Shown here in pieces: positions 1 to 12,655 of a stretch of DNA of 64,000 bases. The DNA is taken from contig CAWFWH010000016.1 of NCBI GenBank assembly GCA_963819405.1, forward strand, positions 92,431-156,430, read 5' to 3'. Every line of letters begins with the position of its first letter. Position 1 is the stretch's first letter. The notes under the pieces are model-generated. The model was not told the origin of the DNA, did not search any database, and saw only the letters and a program-made list of their open reading frames with translations. Made by a program: the position numbers and the translations under genes. Source of the DNA: an uncultured Acidobacteriaceae bacterium. GTDB lineage: Bacteria > Acidobacteriota > Terriglobia > Bryobacterales > Bryobacteraceae.

Positions 1-11
1 GAGCTATAAGA

Positions 12-2567
12 ATGAGACTTGTAATCATTAACCTATTATTCAGCGCATCGCTGTTCGCATCAATTGGGGACAACGCGCCGTCAGTGCCTTCAACCTACGT
101 GCAGACGCATCCACGGTTGCCTTATCCAGATAACACGTTCTTAGCCAAGATTTGTAACAACGGCGGATCGGGCGGAACGACTTCAGTAAATGACGGTTGT
201 TCGATGAGCACCCAGGTATCGGGCAGCCGCCAGGGCTGGAACTCCGCGAGTCCCGGTGGCCACATCACCGGAAGATATCTTCTGGTCGCATACCTGGCGA
301 CAAAGAACAATGGAACGCCGAACGCAACATATTTGACAAAGCTCCAGTCGCTCTGCTCGACCAATATCAATAGCTTCTCAAGCAATTGGGATGCGGCGCT
401 CACCCTCTCGTTTCTGTACGACTGGATTTATGCCGACCTCGGATCTGGTAATCAAGCCACCCTCAGAACCAGTTTATATTCGCTGATGACCGCGTTTGAA
501 AGTGGAGTTACCTCGAACGCGCTGGTCCCTTACAGTGATGTGTTCTATCTTGGCATTTCCGCAGATATCATCGACATTATGCCGGCCGTTGCGGTCTATC
601 CCGACGATCCGAGCAATTCTCTGCCTCATTTGCGCTTCGCGATGGACCTGTGGTTCAACATGATGGTCCCAGCCTGGAAGCAGATCATAGGCGGCACCTA
701 TTGCGGCACATCGACCGATGCGTCGAACGATTGCGGCGGCTCCTGGATGGAAGGGTGGAACGGATACGTCAACGAACCGCTGGGACTCGCGCAATGGTAC
801 ACCGCTGGACTGCTCAGCTGGGCAACGGCGAGCGGGCGCGGAATCAGCACAGTTTTTACGTCCGATTTCCCTGGATCAAGAATTTCGCCTATCAGTACAT
901 GTATCAAGTCAGACCGGACTGGACCGAGGAGCCATTGCAGCCGGACGGTGGTGAGTATTTCGATCCGGAAAGCCAAGGCGACGTAGGCCTATTCGATAGC
1001 TTGGCGGCAATCTATAACGATCCGACGATCCGCGGCTGGTCGCGTGCGATCAACTGGGGCAACGCTGCGCCGGATGGCTTTGAGCCTGCGGGCTGGCCCT
1101 ATCTTTCCCCGGACTCAGCATCTCTCTGTCAATGAATGCGCGATCCGCGTTGAGCACAACCAAGAATTTTCCAGGCTACGGAGTGATCTTCTTTCGTACC
1201 GGATGGACAGAGAACGATACTTTCTGCACGCTTCAGTACGGGGATAGCTACTGGTCTCATCCGAAGCAGAATACCGGAGCGTTTACTTGTTTCAATCGTG
1301 GTCCTCTTGCGATTCACAGTGGCGAGTATCGACCGGGATCGAACTCGCCGCAGCTTTCGGCTTATGCTTTGCAAGCGATCGCGCAGATCTTCCGCTGGTC
1401 TACGATCCAAGGGACGTTTACAGCGCCGAGACCGTAGGGGTGCAGCACAACACCGGCGCTGCCGGCAACGTGCCCTATCCGAACGACGGGGGCCAACGGA
1501 GAGTCGGCAGCTCCGTAGGAAACTATACCGGCACTAACCCAAATGTTTCGATGGGAGCGATGCAGCTCAGCCCTGCCGATCCCGCTCAATGGATGCGGGC
1601 AAGAGAGTATTACCACCAGGCGAAATTAAGCGCCTATACGACCGGAACCAGCCCGGCGAATAAGTATTCGTTCGCTGCCGTGGACATGACAGCCGCCTAT
1701 AACAACACGTGGAGCCGGAACGCCTACAGTGCAGGGAACACCTGGGCCTACAATACTGCCAATTCGAGTAACCGCTCCTACCGGGTGCAGAAGGCAGTTC
1801 GCCAGTTTCTCTTTATTCCGCGAGGCACGGCTGCCTATGTAGTCGTGTACGATGAGGTCACTTCAGCGAATGCCAACTTTGTAAAGAAGGATCTCATTCA
1901 CTCGATCAATCAGCCGACCATCTCTGGAAACTCCTATGTGATAGCTACAACCAGACTTGTTACCGACCGCTATGATCCGGGAGCGTGGATGGGGCAATGG
2001 TACAACTACATCGCGAATGTCCGGGCGGGTGCAGTCATGGCTCTACGCAATATCAGTACAACGGCAAGCTGTACGGTTGGCTGACCACGCCCTCTGGGGC
2101 AGCTGGATCTGGTAAGAGGTTCGGGTAACGAGTTTCAGATCACCGATTCAGCGGGTACTACCAATTATAACGAGTTGGCGACTACGGGGGGACGCAACTG
2201 TAACGCGGGCAAGGGGCTGGGCCCAACCACCGGCTTAATAGCCGAAGACAACACCTCCGGCCCTTGGCAGCCGGGCGCATGGCGCATAGAAGAGACTCCC
2301 GCTACGAGTGCAATTGCCGATCACTTTATCAACGTGATGCTGGTGACGAGCGCGAGCGATACGAACACAGTCTCGACAGCCCCGGCCACGACCTCGGTAG
2401 CTGCCGGGAGCGGAGCCTGTGTTGCCGGAACTCCAGGCGGCTGCTATGTCACGACCTGGAAAGACAATACGAACACTTGCACTTACGCCGTGACGCAGGC
2501 GGTAGATGGCACTAGGCGGATCACCGCTACCGTTCAGGGGGCAGGATGCAATACGATTATCAATTGA
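12..2567 (+). pseudogene. Secreted heparinase II/III-like (polysaccharide-lyase-like) protein, copy A, reading frame broken several times
   Basis: Signal-peptide-like start MRLVIINLLFSASLFAS. One homologous protein runs through ORF pieces 12-986, 650-1135, 1132-1437, 1287-2084 and 2175-2567 in different frames. The core YGDSYWSHPKQNTGAFTCFNRGPLAIHSGEY resembles the heparinase II/III C-terminal domain. Colinear with the minus-strand paralog at 9651-12307. Confidence 0.7.
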
Positions 2568-2597
2568 CACGCTGGCTTCTCTATGTAGCCATGTTCT

Positions 2598-5500
2598 GTG
2601 CTCCGGCTTGGCTGGAGAAGATCTGTTGACGAACCAATCTGGAATCGCGCTGGCGGCCAACACCTGGGTGCATGTGGATTCGACCTCAGTGGGAACAAAT
2701 ACGGCATATTACGCAACCGGATACTGGAACGCATTCTATGTTCCGACCATCGACTCGGTGTGCCAGCGCGGGAGCTGGCGCGAACCGTCCAGCGAGCCAA
2801 ACCGCTCCTGGTATTGCTGGTCATGGGATGAGAACAGGTACAGCATTATGTCGGTCGGCTCAACTTGGCACAACTGGGAGACCTCGGAAGGCGGCCATAC
2901 GGTGGGGGAAATGGGAATCGATGCCTTCCGGGGTACTACCGCCGGTTACTGCTGCAATTCGGGATCGCAAATCTAGGAATCTATCAGACGAAGCGGCGAG
3001 ACCTGGGACTTTCTGGCTCAGACCGGGCGCATGCGAATGTCGCCCACGAGTCCATTTTTATATATGCAGCTGGGCTGGGGCGCTTACGATCCTTATGATC
3101 AGAAATTTATTCTGCATGGCGGGACGGGAGGCTCGGTATCCTCCGGAACCAATGCTTATGACGATGTTGCAAATACGTGGCAATTCGGGATCAGTGTCAC
3201 GCTGCGTGGGCGCCTGCCCCAGCATTTATTTGAGCGATCAATCGTCAGCTATCAATACTAGCGACAAGCTGCTATATATGTTCGGAGGAGTCACTGGAAC
3301 GGTGAGCAACGCGCTTTACACCTTTAACTACGCGACTTCGACCTGGACGCTCTTATCCCCCTCGGGATCGCTGCCCGCGGCTCGGCAGGATGCAGGCTGG
3401 GCTTACGACTCAGCCGAGAACGTCTTTCTCCTGTTTGGCGGCTGCGCGTCTGGGGGTGGTGGATGCACTGGCGCGAACATATTGACCGACACCTGGATTT
3501 ACGATCCGGTTGCTAACACCTGGACTCAACTAAGCCCGGCAGCCAGCCCTACCGGATTTGCTTTCGCTTCTTATCAGACTCTCACCTATCTGCCCGAGCA
3601 TGACGCATTCGTGGCGCTTCTGCCGTCCGGGATTTGGGTCTATCGGTATGCACCTGGACCTGGGTACAAAAGCAAGTCTCTGGGTTATTCCTATTCTCCC
3701 GGCACGCTGAACCGCAACACCACGTCACCCTCAGTGCAGACCTGGGCTTATGGAGGCGACGTGGCGACGGACGGCACGAACTTGTATCAGATTTGGTCCG
3801 AGAACGGGACAGACTTGACTTTCAGCGCGGGCGGATACATGCACCCGTATGTCCAGAAGGCAAACGGCGCTACGATCACAGAGCTGGGTAACTCATATAG
3901 TTCGCTGACGAACGATGCGTCGAGTAACGTGGAGGCATTCGACCCGTCGATTGCGGTTGTTAGCTCTACGCCTTGGGCGTGCTGGCACCAGCAAAATACG
4001 AGCTTCCTGGATACGATCAGTTGCAGGTCATGGAATGGTTCGGCATGGGGAAGCGGCGGTCAGATACCGAATGTCGCCTCGACCGCCTACGATGCTTTTC
4101 CGAAAGTGGTTGCCGTGGGTGCAACCCCGGCCATCGCGTTTCGCGAAGAAAACCGGACCTATGAGACGAGCGCCGGAATGTACGATGGCTTCGGCTATGT
4201 GACCGAATGGACCGGTAGCGCCTATTCCCTACTCGGGGGAGCGATCAACAAAAACTCATCGAACACGCGGGTCGATTCGATTGATATCGCCAGCAACGGC
4301 ACGGCTCCCTATGTAGCCTGGACAGAATACACCACGGGCTCGACCGGGGCGCCCAGCAACACCTTCAGCGCTCCGCAGGTGTACTTGGATCTTTGGAACG
4401 GTTCGGCGTGGACTCCGCAATGCGGCGGCAATTCGGCAAACATAAACGGGACGGACAGCGCATTCTATGTGTCGCTGACTTACGAAGGCGGTCAGCCGTA
4501 TGTGGCTTTTGTTGAGCGCAGCACAGCTGGCAACAACAACCTCTATGTGCGGACCTGCTCGGGCGGTTCGTGGTCTACGGTAGGGAGCGGCACGCTCAAT
4601 CGGGATTCCAATAGCGGCTGGGCATGGGACCCGCATCTCACGAATGACGGGACAAATTTGTATGTGACGTGGGCAGAGCAGGGCAATAGCCAGCCCTGGA
4701 TCAACGGCAATCCTCTCTATACGAGTTATAGCCAGAAGCCTCATGTCTACGCAGCGAAGTGGAACGGGTCCGCCTGGTCGTATCTGGGTGGAGCGCTGAA
4801 TGCCGACACGGGAGCGGGTGCGGCAACTCATCCTGCCATAACCGTAGTTTCCTCGGCTCCGGTTGTGCAGTGGGGCGAAGTGAACATGGGCAATATGCGC
4901 CAAATTTATGCTAAGCAGTGGAATGGCACAGATTGGGCAGCGTCGTCTACGTCTGCACAGACCACCCCTGTGATTACGTGGACAAATCCGGCTCCAATCA
5001 CCTACGGGACGGCATTGAAGCAACGCAACTGAATGCGACGGCATCGGTTCCAGGCACTTTCGCCTATAACCCGGTGACTGGAACAGTTCTGAATGCGGGC
5101 AATAACCAGAACCTGTCAGTCACTTTCACGCCCACCGACACCACCGATTACACAACAGCCACGAAAACGGTGCAGATCAATGTTACTGTTACACAGGCCG
5201 CCCCTGTGATCACGTGGACAAATCCGGCTGCAATCACCTACGGGACGGCATTGAGCGCAACGCAACTGAATGCGACGGCATCGGTTCCAGGCACTTTCGC
5301 CTATAACCCGGTGACTGGAACAGTTCTGAATGCGGGCAATAACCAGAACCTGTCAGTCACTTTCACGCCCACCGACACCACCGATTACACAACAGCCGCG
5401 AAAACGGTGCAGATCAATGTTACTGTTACACAGGCCACCCCTGTGATCACGTGGACAAATCCGGCTGCAATCACCTACGGGACGGCATTGAGCGCAACGC

Positions 5501-6445
5501 AACTGAATGCGACGGCATCGGTTCCAGGCACTTTCGCCTATAACCCGGTGACTGGAACAGTTCTGAATGCGGGCAATAACCAGAACCTGTCAGTCACTTT
5601 CACGCCCACCGACACCACCGATTACACAACGGCAACGAAAACGGTGCAGATCAATGTTACTGTTACACAGGCCACCCCTGTGATCACGTGGACAAATCCG
5701 GCTGCAATCACCTACGGGACGGCATTGAACGCAACGCAACTGGAATAGCGACGGCATGGGTTCCAGGCACTTTCGACTATAACCCGGTGACTGGAACAGT
5801 TTTGAATGCGGGCAATAACCAGAACCTGTCGGTCACTTTCACGCCCACCGACACAACCGATTACACAACAGCCACGAAAACGGTGCAGATCAATGTTACT
5901 GTTACACAGGCCACCCCTGTGATCACGTGGACAAATCCGGCCGCAATCACCTACGGGACGGCATTGAGCGCAACGCAACTGAATGCGACGGCATCGGTTC
6001 CGGGCATTTTCGCCTATAACCCGGTGACTGGAACAGTTCTGAATGCGGGCAATAACCAGAACCTGTCAGTCACTTTCACGCCCACCGACATCACCGATTA
6101 CACAACAGCCACGAAAACGGTGCAGATCAATGTTACTGTTACACAGGCCACCCCTGTGATCACGTGGACAAATCCGGCTGCAATCACCTACGGGACGGCA
6201 TTGAGCGCAACGCAACTGAATGCGACGGCATCGGTTCCAGGCACGTTCGCCTATAACCCAGTAACTGGAACAGTCCTGAATGCGGGCAATAACCAGAACC
6301 TGTCAGTCACTTCACGCCCACCGACACCACCGATTACACAACAGCAACGAAAACGGTGCAGGTCAATGTTAACGTCGCCGTCGCTGGTCCGGGTACACAA
6401 ATCACTGGCTTCGCAAGTGTTCGTACTAATGGCGGCGCACACTAA
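2598..6445 (+). pseudogene. Giant secreted Kelch-repeat / beta-propeller-like / Ig-like repeat protein, copy A (frame-disrupted; 5' end uncertain)
   Basis: Pieces 2506-2976, 2672-5032, 4918-5748 and 5688-6449 read as one protein. It has Kelch-like units (LLYMFGGVTG...DTWIYDPVANTWTQLSP). These are followed by repeats of the type PYVAW.E...YV..WNGS.W..LGG.LN, then six 79-aa Ig-like units. After correcting a 1-nt deletion the frame ends NGGAH-TAA at 6443-6445. No start codon or signal peptide could be fixed. Confidence 0.65.
4965..6386 (+). repeat. Six tandem near-identical 237-bp (79-aa) coding repeats encoding an Ig-like (MBG/YGX-like) domain
   Basis: The unit PVITWTNPAAITYGTALSATQLNATASVPGTFAYNPVTGTVLNAGNNQNLSVTFTPTDTTDYTTATKTVQINVTVTQAT starts at 4965, 5201, 5438, 5675, 5914 and 6151. 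Spacings are 236, 237, 237, 239 and 237 nt, so units 1, 4 and 6 carry indels that break the frame. Unit 4 also gains a TAG. Confidence 0.9.
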
Positions 6446-6480
6446 CTGAGGAGAGAACGCTGGCTCACGCTCGCCATATT

Positions 6481-9400
6481 CTAGTTCCCGCTCCAAAGCA
6501 CCCAGCTCGAGCCGTTCCACGTCTTAACGAAGACCTGTCGCAAGGAGCCGAAGTTTACTTCGCCCCAGGACGCCACAGGCTTGCCGCCGACGATTGTCAA
6601 GCCGATTCGTTCAGTGCTGCCCAACGCGGTATTCGCGTTGAGCGAACTACCAACCGGGGTCCAAACTCCGCCGACGAATTTAGAAACATACGCTTGGGCT
6701 CGCTGCCCGATATTTTGCTGCTCGACCCATCCCAAGTAAAGACTCCCGGTCGAATATCGGCGACGAGACTGGGCCGGAAGGCCCATCCCGTATTGGTGTC
6801 TTTATTGAGCGTTCCATTCCCAACCAAGACCCAGTTGGTTCCATTGAACATCTTGACGTATACCTGGTTGTTTCCCGCTGCGGTTCTTTCCGTCCAGGCA
6901 ACGTAAGGTCTTCCATTCAGGTAAGCAATGGAGGCGTCGTCTGCCCAGTCCGCACTGTTCACGTTGAGCGACCCGCCAATCGCGACCCATTGAGCGCCAG
7001 TCCACTGGGCGACGTGAACTTGCGATGGGTTTAGGTTCTGCAAGATTGCGTCAGAAGTGTACTCGGTCCAGGCCACATATGGATTGCTCCCGTCGCTGGC
7101 AATAGAAACAGAATCTGCAGTCGTAATGGCGGACGGGTTGACATTCAGGGGTCCGCTACCCTTTAAGCGCCACTGCTTGCCATCCCAAGACTTCACGTAC
7201 AAGAAGGTCTTTTGAGGAAAGAAACTCTTGTCGACCTCCAGAAATGCGATATGAGGAATGCCACCTACGTCCGCCATTTGCGAGCGACCCTGAAAGGTCG
7301 CCGCTTATTCCCCTGCGAGCCGATTTCGCCGCCTTGCCAAGCGCCTCCATTCCAGCTCTTCGCCCAAATCGCCCATATTTGTCCGGAATTGTTCCATTTG
7401 TACCAGGAAATCCAGGGCTCCCAGCGATCACCGCGACAGAGGGCGAATGGCTCTCGCTATAGCCGCTGAATTCCGAATCGATAGAGAGGGGCGAGCTGCC
7501 CATCGGGTTCCATTTGCCGTCGCTGCCCTGCTGGCCGACAAATACATGAAACCAGGCGTTGTTCGTAATATCGAATGCTTGCCCGGATTCCACCCACGTC
7601 GTGTAGAGCGTGTTGCCTGAGCTCGCCAGGGACGGCTCCTTCGCCCAATCGTCCGCAATTCGATTGATACTTCCTGGAGTAGTTGACGGATTGACTTGCG
7701 TCGTTCCAGGATCCAGACCTGTTCCTGTATCGGAACAGCCACGTCTGAGCGGAGTTTCTCACAGATCGGCCTCCAGCGTAGCCGCCGGGACCGCGCAGAA
7801 CGAGTATGAACGCATTGTGATCCGGATCATACGCAAGATTCTCGAAGGGGCCTATCCCATCGGACCCCGGCGACCGGGCCAGATTCAACTGTTTCCAAGC
7901 ATTCGTTGCGAAGTCATATACCCAAGTGTCGTTGTAAGCTTCGGGAAGCATCCTGGCCGCCACACCAGCAAAACGTTATTAGTGGAATCGTATGCCATCC
8001 CAGATCTCGACCGTGGAGAAGGCCGCGTACCGCTGGGATTCGATTCGTCCAGGTATTGGTAGGCACGTCGTACGCAAACAGGTCGTTCGAAAAACCGGCG
8101 CCGATCTGACCGCCGAAAAGATACACCTTGTGTTCAGAAGTGCTATAGGTCATGGCAGGCAGATCGGCGCTCGAATCGGGTGGAGTGCCGCTGGGCGACT
8201 GTTTCTGGTACGCATTCGTGGCCGGATTATATGTCCAGGTACCTTCATGGCTGTTGCCGCCTTGCAGCACGTACGCATTGTTAACGCTGTCGAAAGCGGA
8301 GCTTTCGGGTCACATCGTAGGCCGGGCTTCAGCGAGATGTTCTTTTTGCATCCGGTCTTCCCGAAGAAATCGAACCACCAGGTACCGAAGGCGTTTTGGG
8401 CTTGATTAGATCCGGACGCGCAGCAGTAATAAACGAACGTTTGCTGATCGGGATCATAGGCGAACCCTCCCACAGGATGGCCCGCATCCGGCATATTCTC
8501 GTTATGGAAGCTTTCTCCAATGTCCAGCACGTCCCATCGGTTGGCCTCGAAGTCGTACGCAGTCACCGCCTGATTTGGCTCCGTTGAGAGTTCCTGGTAA
8601 TTTCCCAGCATCACGGCTCTCTTGACTGGACTCGGAGCATAGGCGACTTTCTCAAATCCGACCGTTTGAACAGGGTATCCATTCGTAAGGGCCATCGTCC
8701 ACGCATTGCTAGCGATCGAAGCCGCTTGCCCTCCGGATTGGCTGGCTATCAAGCTGAGTGACGCGGATTGAGAGCCTCCATTAAAGGTGGCTGTCACCAC
8801 AGCAGTTTGAGCGCTGATGATATTTCCCGCCGTGGCAGAAAATGTTGTAGTCGCAGAGCCTGCCAGCACCGAAACAGTTGCCGGAACCGTGAGTGTCCCC
8901 GAGTTACTAGAAAGCGAGATGATCGAACCGCCAGCAGGCGCGACGGCTGATAGCTGGGTCGTGCATATCGACGCCGTGCCCGAAGTGAGACTTGCCGGCG
9001 CGCATGAGATCGATTTCAGTACGAGGCCGGGGGGCGTGCTCGCGTTGCTTAGATTTACAGCCGCGCTTTGAGAAGTGCCGCCTAAGCTCGCGGTGATCAC
9101 CACAACCAGGTTGTTGACGATTTGAACTGCGGTGGCCGAGAAGGTCCCCGAACTGGCGCCCGCCGGTATCAAAAGACTTGCTGGAATTTGGACCAGCGAG
9201 ACACTGGTTCTTGCAAGCGCGATTGTGCTACCACTAGAACCAGCCGCTTGCGAGAGACTCACTGTGCAGTTCGATGTCACCCCTAAGGTAAGAATAGTTG
9301 GCGTGCAAGTCAGCGCGGTTATCGTCGGATTCCCCGGAATCCCTGATCCGGGAGAGGCTCCTGAGAACTCGACTGGGGGCAATCCGTTTACATCCCGCCA

Positions 9401-9650
9401 AAACTTCGATGGCGCCCGTAGCGCCGGAAGCCGCAGTCAACGTGACGGAGGCCTGTCCATTACTGTTGGTAACCGCCGTTTCCGTAGATACGGCCGCGTC
9501 TCCCTGCACGACGCCGAAATGCGCAACCGCGTTCGGCAGCGGGACGCCGGAACTGTCTCTCACAACCACAACCGCGGTTGGGGAGCGGGAGTGCCCGCCG
9601 CGAAGGACTGCGGCGTCCCGGACACAACTTCGAGTTCAGCAGGCAGGGCC
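6481..9650 (-). pseudogene. Giant Ig-like (Big_1-type) / Kelch / beta-propeller-like protein, copy B (frame-disrupted)
   Basis: Minus-strand pieces 9234-9569, 8150-9382, 7914-8270, 7457-7963, 7156-7593, 6597-7277 and 6481-6786 are colinear with copy A. They include a Big_1-like segment (VVRDSSGVPLPNAVAHFGVVQGDAAVS..TNSNGQASVTLTA) and Ser/Thr-rich Ig-like segments. Kelch-like units (HKVYLFGGQ..NDLFAYDVPTNTWT) and PYVAW-type repeats follow. The 79-aa tandem array is absent. Confidence 0.65.
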
Positions 9651-12307
9651 TGTGCATGTGCCAGTAGATTCTCGTCCACTCCGCCTGCGCCAGTGATAGT
9701 GATGTGACCACCCACTCCGCTTTGCGGAAGCATGACCGTATACGTCTTGCCGCTGTCTTGCCACGTAGCTCCCACCATTCCGGCCGGCAGATTGGCAGGA
9801 ACGGTTACGTTCACAGGAACGTTCGGGTCTTCCACAGTTGTGGCGAGCATTACGTGAAGGAAAAAGTCTTAAGCCACCCACACACTCAGCGGGACTTCGA
9901 TCCTCCACGATCCCGGCTCGTGCGGAGCTGTTTTAGGATCGGGATTTATGAAGTTATCGACTGGCCCCAGCCCTTCAACGTTCGCGGCGCATTGGCCCAC
10001 CATGCATTGATTCCAGTTAGTACCTGTGCCAGGATTGAGAGGATCCTCCACCCAGAACTCCTTGCCCGGACCTCCGACCACATTGATCGATCCCGACTGC
10101 GGTTGCACCATCGAGCCATATAGCTTTGCGTCGTATTGATACTGAAGATTGGGGTATGGTCCGACCGTATGTTGTGTCAGCTCATTCTGGAATCTGTCAG
10201 GCCAAAGATCGACGAAAGGCAAAGAAGTGACCAAATCATTTCGGATGACTTCGAACCTGTTACCGACGACTGTAGGCTCATTGACCGTGTGGAGCAGCCA
10301 TCGCTTTACAAAGGAGGCGTTCGTTGAGATTACCTGATCAAAGACAATGACGTAAGCTGCCGTACCGCGGGGAACGAAAAGCAAATGCCTAACAACCTTT
10401 TGGACACGATCCGTCCGGTTCGAAGCGTTGGGCGTGGTGGCGCTGTATTTATTGTTGTAAGCGGCCGTTATGTCGACAGCCGTGTATGTATAGCTCGCGG
10501 TGGGCGCAAGAGCGAGCATTGTTCCCATATGATAGTAGTCCCACTCGCCGGAGCCAATCCCCAATGCTGCTCGGCGACACGAGCTGCGGAAAATGCTCGT
10601 TGTAGAGCGTTCCCACTCGCCGTTGCCCGCCATCATTCGGAGGCGCGAGAAAGAATACTATTCCCCGAATTCGTCGTCAGTAGTGAACGTTGTCGACGGA
10701 TAATTGTCAGCCGGATCGGTAATCGTGAGCGTGTTGTGAGCAATTGTTTGCCGTGCGTACTGATTCTCATGCTTACTGAGAGAACCAGAGCGGTACGAAC
10801 CGCTGTCAAGAGCCAATAGCCCCCGGCTGAAAATCGTGAAGGCGCCTGTATCGAAATGCTCATGCGACCAGAAATTATCGCCGTACTTCAACGTGGCGGG
10901 AAATTATCGTTCTCGCCCCAGCCGGTGCGCATGGACAGCAGACCCCAGCCGGTGAAATTCCGCACGGTGGGAAGACTGGAGCGAGTCGACACGGGATTGG
11001 AGCTATTGTCCGGTGTATAAAAAGGCCACGCAGAAGGCTCGAAGCCGACGGGGGCCGACGGGTTCCCTGCGTTGACCAGCCGTGCCCAGCCGCGTAGGAC
11101 CGGATCCTTGTAGATCTCCGCCAGACCGTTCAGAGAGGCAAGAGCCGGAGATTCTGCAATGAGATACTCACGCGAAGCGTCGCCGATGCTCTCCATAATG
11201 TAATCTGGCCGCGTCATGTACATCGTGAAATAGGCAAAGTTCTTCAGCCACGATTCCCGCGCAAAAATTGGATCACCGCTCGCAGCTTGCCAGGACAAGC
11301 AGCGACGGGCACGATGAAGCTCGTCAATCCATTTCCGTCCGCGGCCCTCACGTAGTCGGACCAGTTTTCATGCCAGCCGCCGCCCTCAGGTCCAAAAACC
11401 TGCCTCCAAACCGGTATTAAGACGTTGAACCACACGTCGGTCGTAAACTTCAGGTGCTTCAACCCGTTGGGATGATCGGGGTAAAGGACAAGCGCATCTA
11501 CTAACCCCGACATCCCGGCTTCGATGTAAAAAACGTCGTTATATGGACTGGCGTCGAGCCCAACGTAGCTGTGCCTCCCATTCCGTGCAAAGGACATCCG
11601 AGCTCGTTCAGAAATTCTGCCCGCGTTGCGGGATCCAAGTCGTTGTAGAGCCAGTCATAGATCAAGGCAATGTTCAGGTCTGCACTGGCAAGATTCGGCA
11701 CGAAAATGCGTAATTTCAGATTCGTTCCGCTCGGCGCCGGATTGCTTTGACTCAAGGTGACGGTATTTGCGTTAGGAACGGCATTGATCGTGTAAACGCG
11801 GCCCTCTATGGACAAAAAGTTGCCTTCGCAACTGGCGCCATTGCAGCCCGTTAAGAAATTCCCGCTCGCACTCGTCAATGTGTAGGTTCCGTTGCCAGCG
11901 CCGTCATTGACTGAATACAGGAGAGGGCCCCACGTGCCGCCGAGATTCGACAGCGCTTCAATCTTCGCAAAATAGGTCGCGGCCTTGGCCGGGTTCGCAA
12001 TCTTGTTGGCCATGTAGGCGATGACCAGGCGTCGAAGCTGCCACGTACCGCTGGGGTTTGTGGAATCCCATTGGTCCGCGGTCGAATCGTAATCGGCCAA
12101 AGCGGCTGGATTGGAAGCCAAGACTCGTTATAAATGGATTGTCCGGGTGCGGTAAACGAGGGTGACCGGTGTTGTACGTCGATGGGATCGGCGGGGCATT
12201 GTCTCCGATGCTCGCCCAAAGCGGACCAGGAAAAGAAGGAGGCTGAACCAGCAGAAGAAGCTTAAAGGGGGATCTTAGCGTTAGGAGCCTCTGCTTTCCG
12301 TAGCCAT
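9651..12307 (-). pseudogene. Heparinase II/III-like protein, copy B (frame-disrupted)
   Basis: Pieces are 11501-12121, 11244-11597, 10888-11298, 10658-10891, 9869-10636 and 9560-9850. The core FWSHEHFDTGAFTIFSRGLLALDSGSY matches copy A. Upstream of 12121, another frame reads LWASIGDNAPPIPSTYNTGHPRLPHPDN, matching copy A LFASIGDNAPSVPSTYVQTHPRLPYPDN. The nearest ATG is at 12307. The 3' boundary was set by alignment to copy A. Confidence 0.65.
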
Positions 12308-12535
12308 GAAAATTCTGAAAGGGTCAGCATTCTTAGCGATTGTTCCCAAGCTCTGTATTATCGATGGTTAATCTTTGTAGATCCAGACAAATAGATCCAT
12401 AAGATTGCTAAGGGTCCATCGGCCGAAATTAGTATCGGGTCGGGGCGTCCGCTGTGGAGCAAGGGTGCCTTGAGAGGGTCGGGGTTCCAAACGAACTGTC
12501 GGATTTAGCAGACCTTTCCGACGGGGTTTGGCCGC

Positions 12536-12573
12536 ATAGACGAAAGCGGCGGACCTGATTCCAGACCCGCCGC
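12536..12573 (-). terminator. Putative intrinsic terminator downstream of the PEP-CTERM gene
   Basis: On the minus strand, GCGGCGG-N14-CCGCCGC forms a 7-bp GC stem, followed by TTTCGTCTAT. It lies about 85 nt after the stop at 12656. Confidence 0.4.
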
Positions 12574-12655
12574 CAAACTGGGCTCGGAGGAATTAAATTC
12601 TGTGCCTATAAGATTCAGAACTCCTGCTAGCTGCACGTTCGGGGCACGGTTTCTC

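Noticed and set aside
4256-5044. 262-aa minus-strand ORF, with similar antisense ORFs at 1129-1410, 5712-5978 and 6251-6520
   Set aside because: They run antisense to the repeat-rich giant protein gene. They are Arg/Cys/Pro-rich with no features. The sense strand shows clear homology to the paralog on the other arm.
4965-6386. Possible CRISPR array, given regularly spaced repeats
   Set aside because: The period is 237 bp and the whole unit is repeated, with no unique spacers. The units are in frame and encode an Ig-like domain inside a large gene. This is a coding tandem repeat, not CRISPR.
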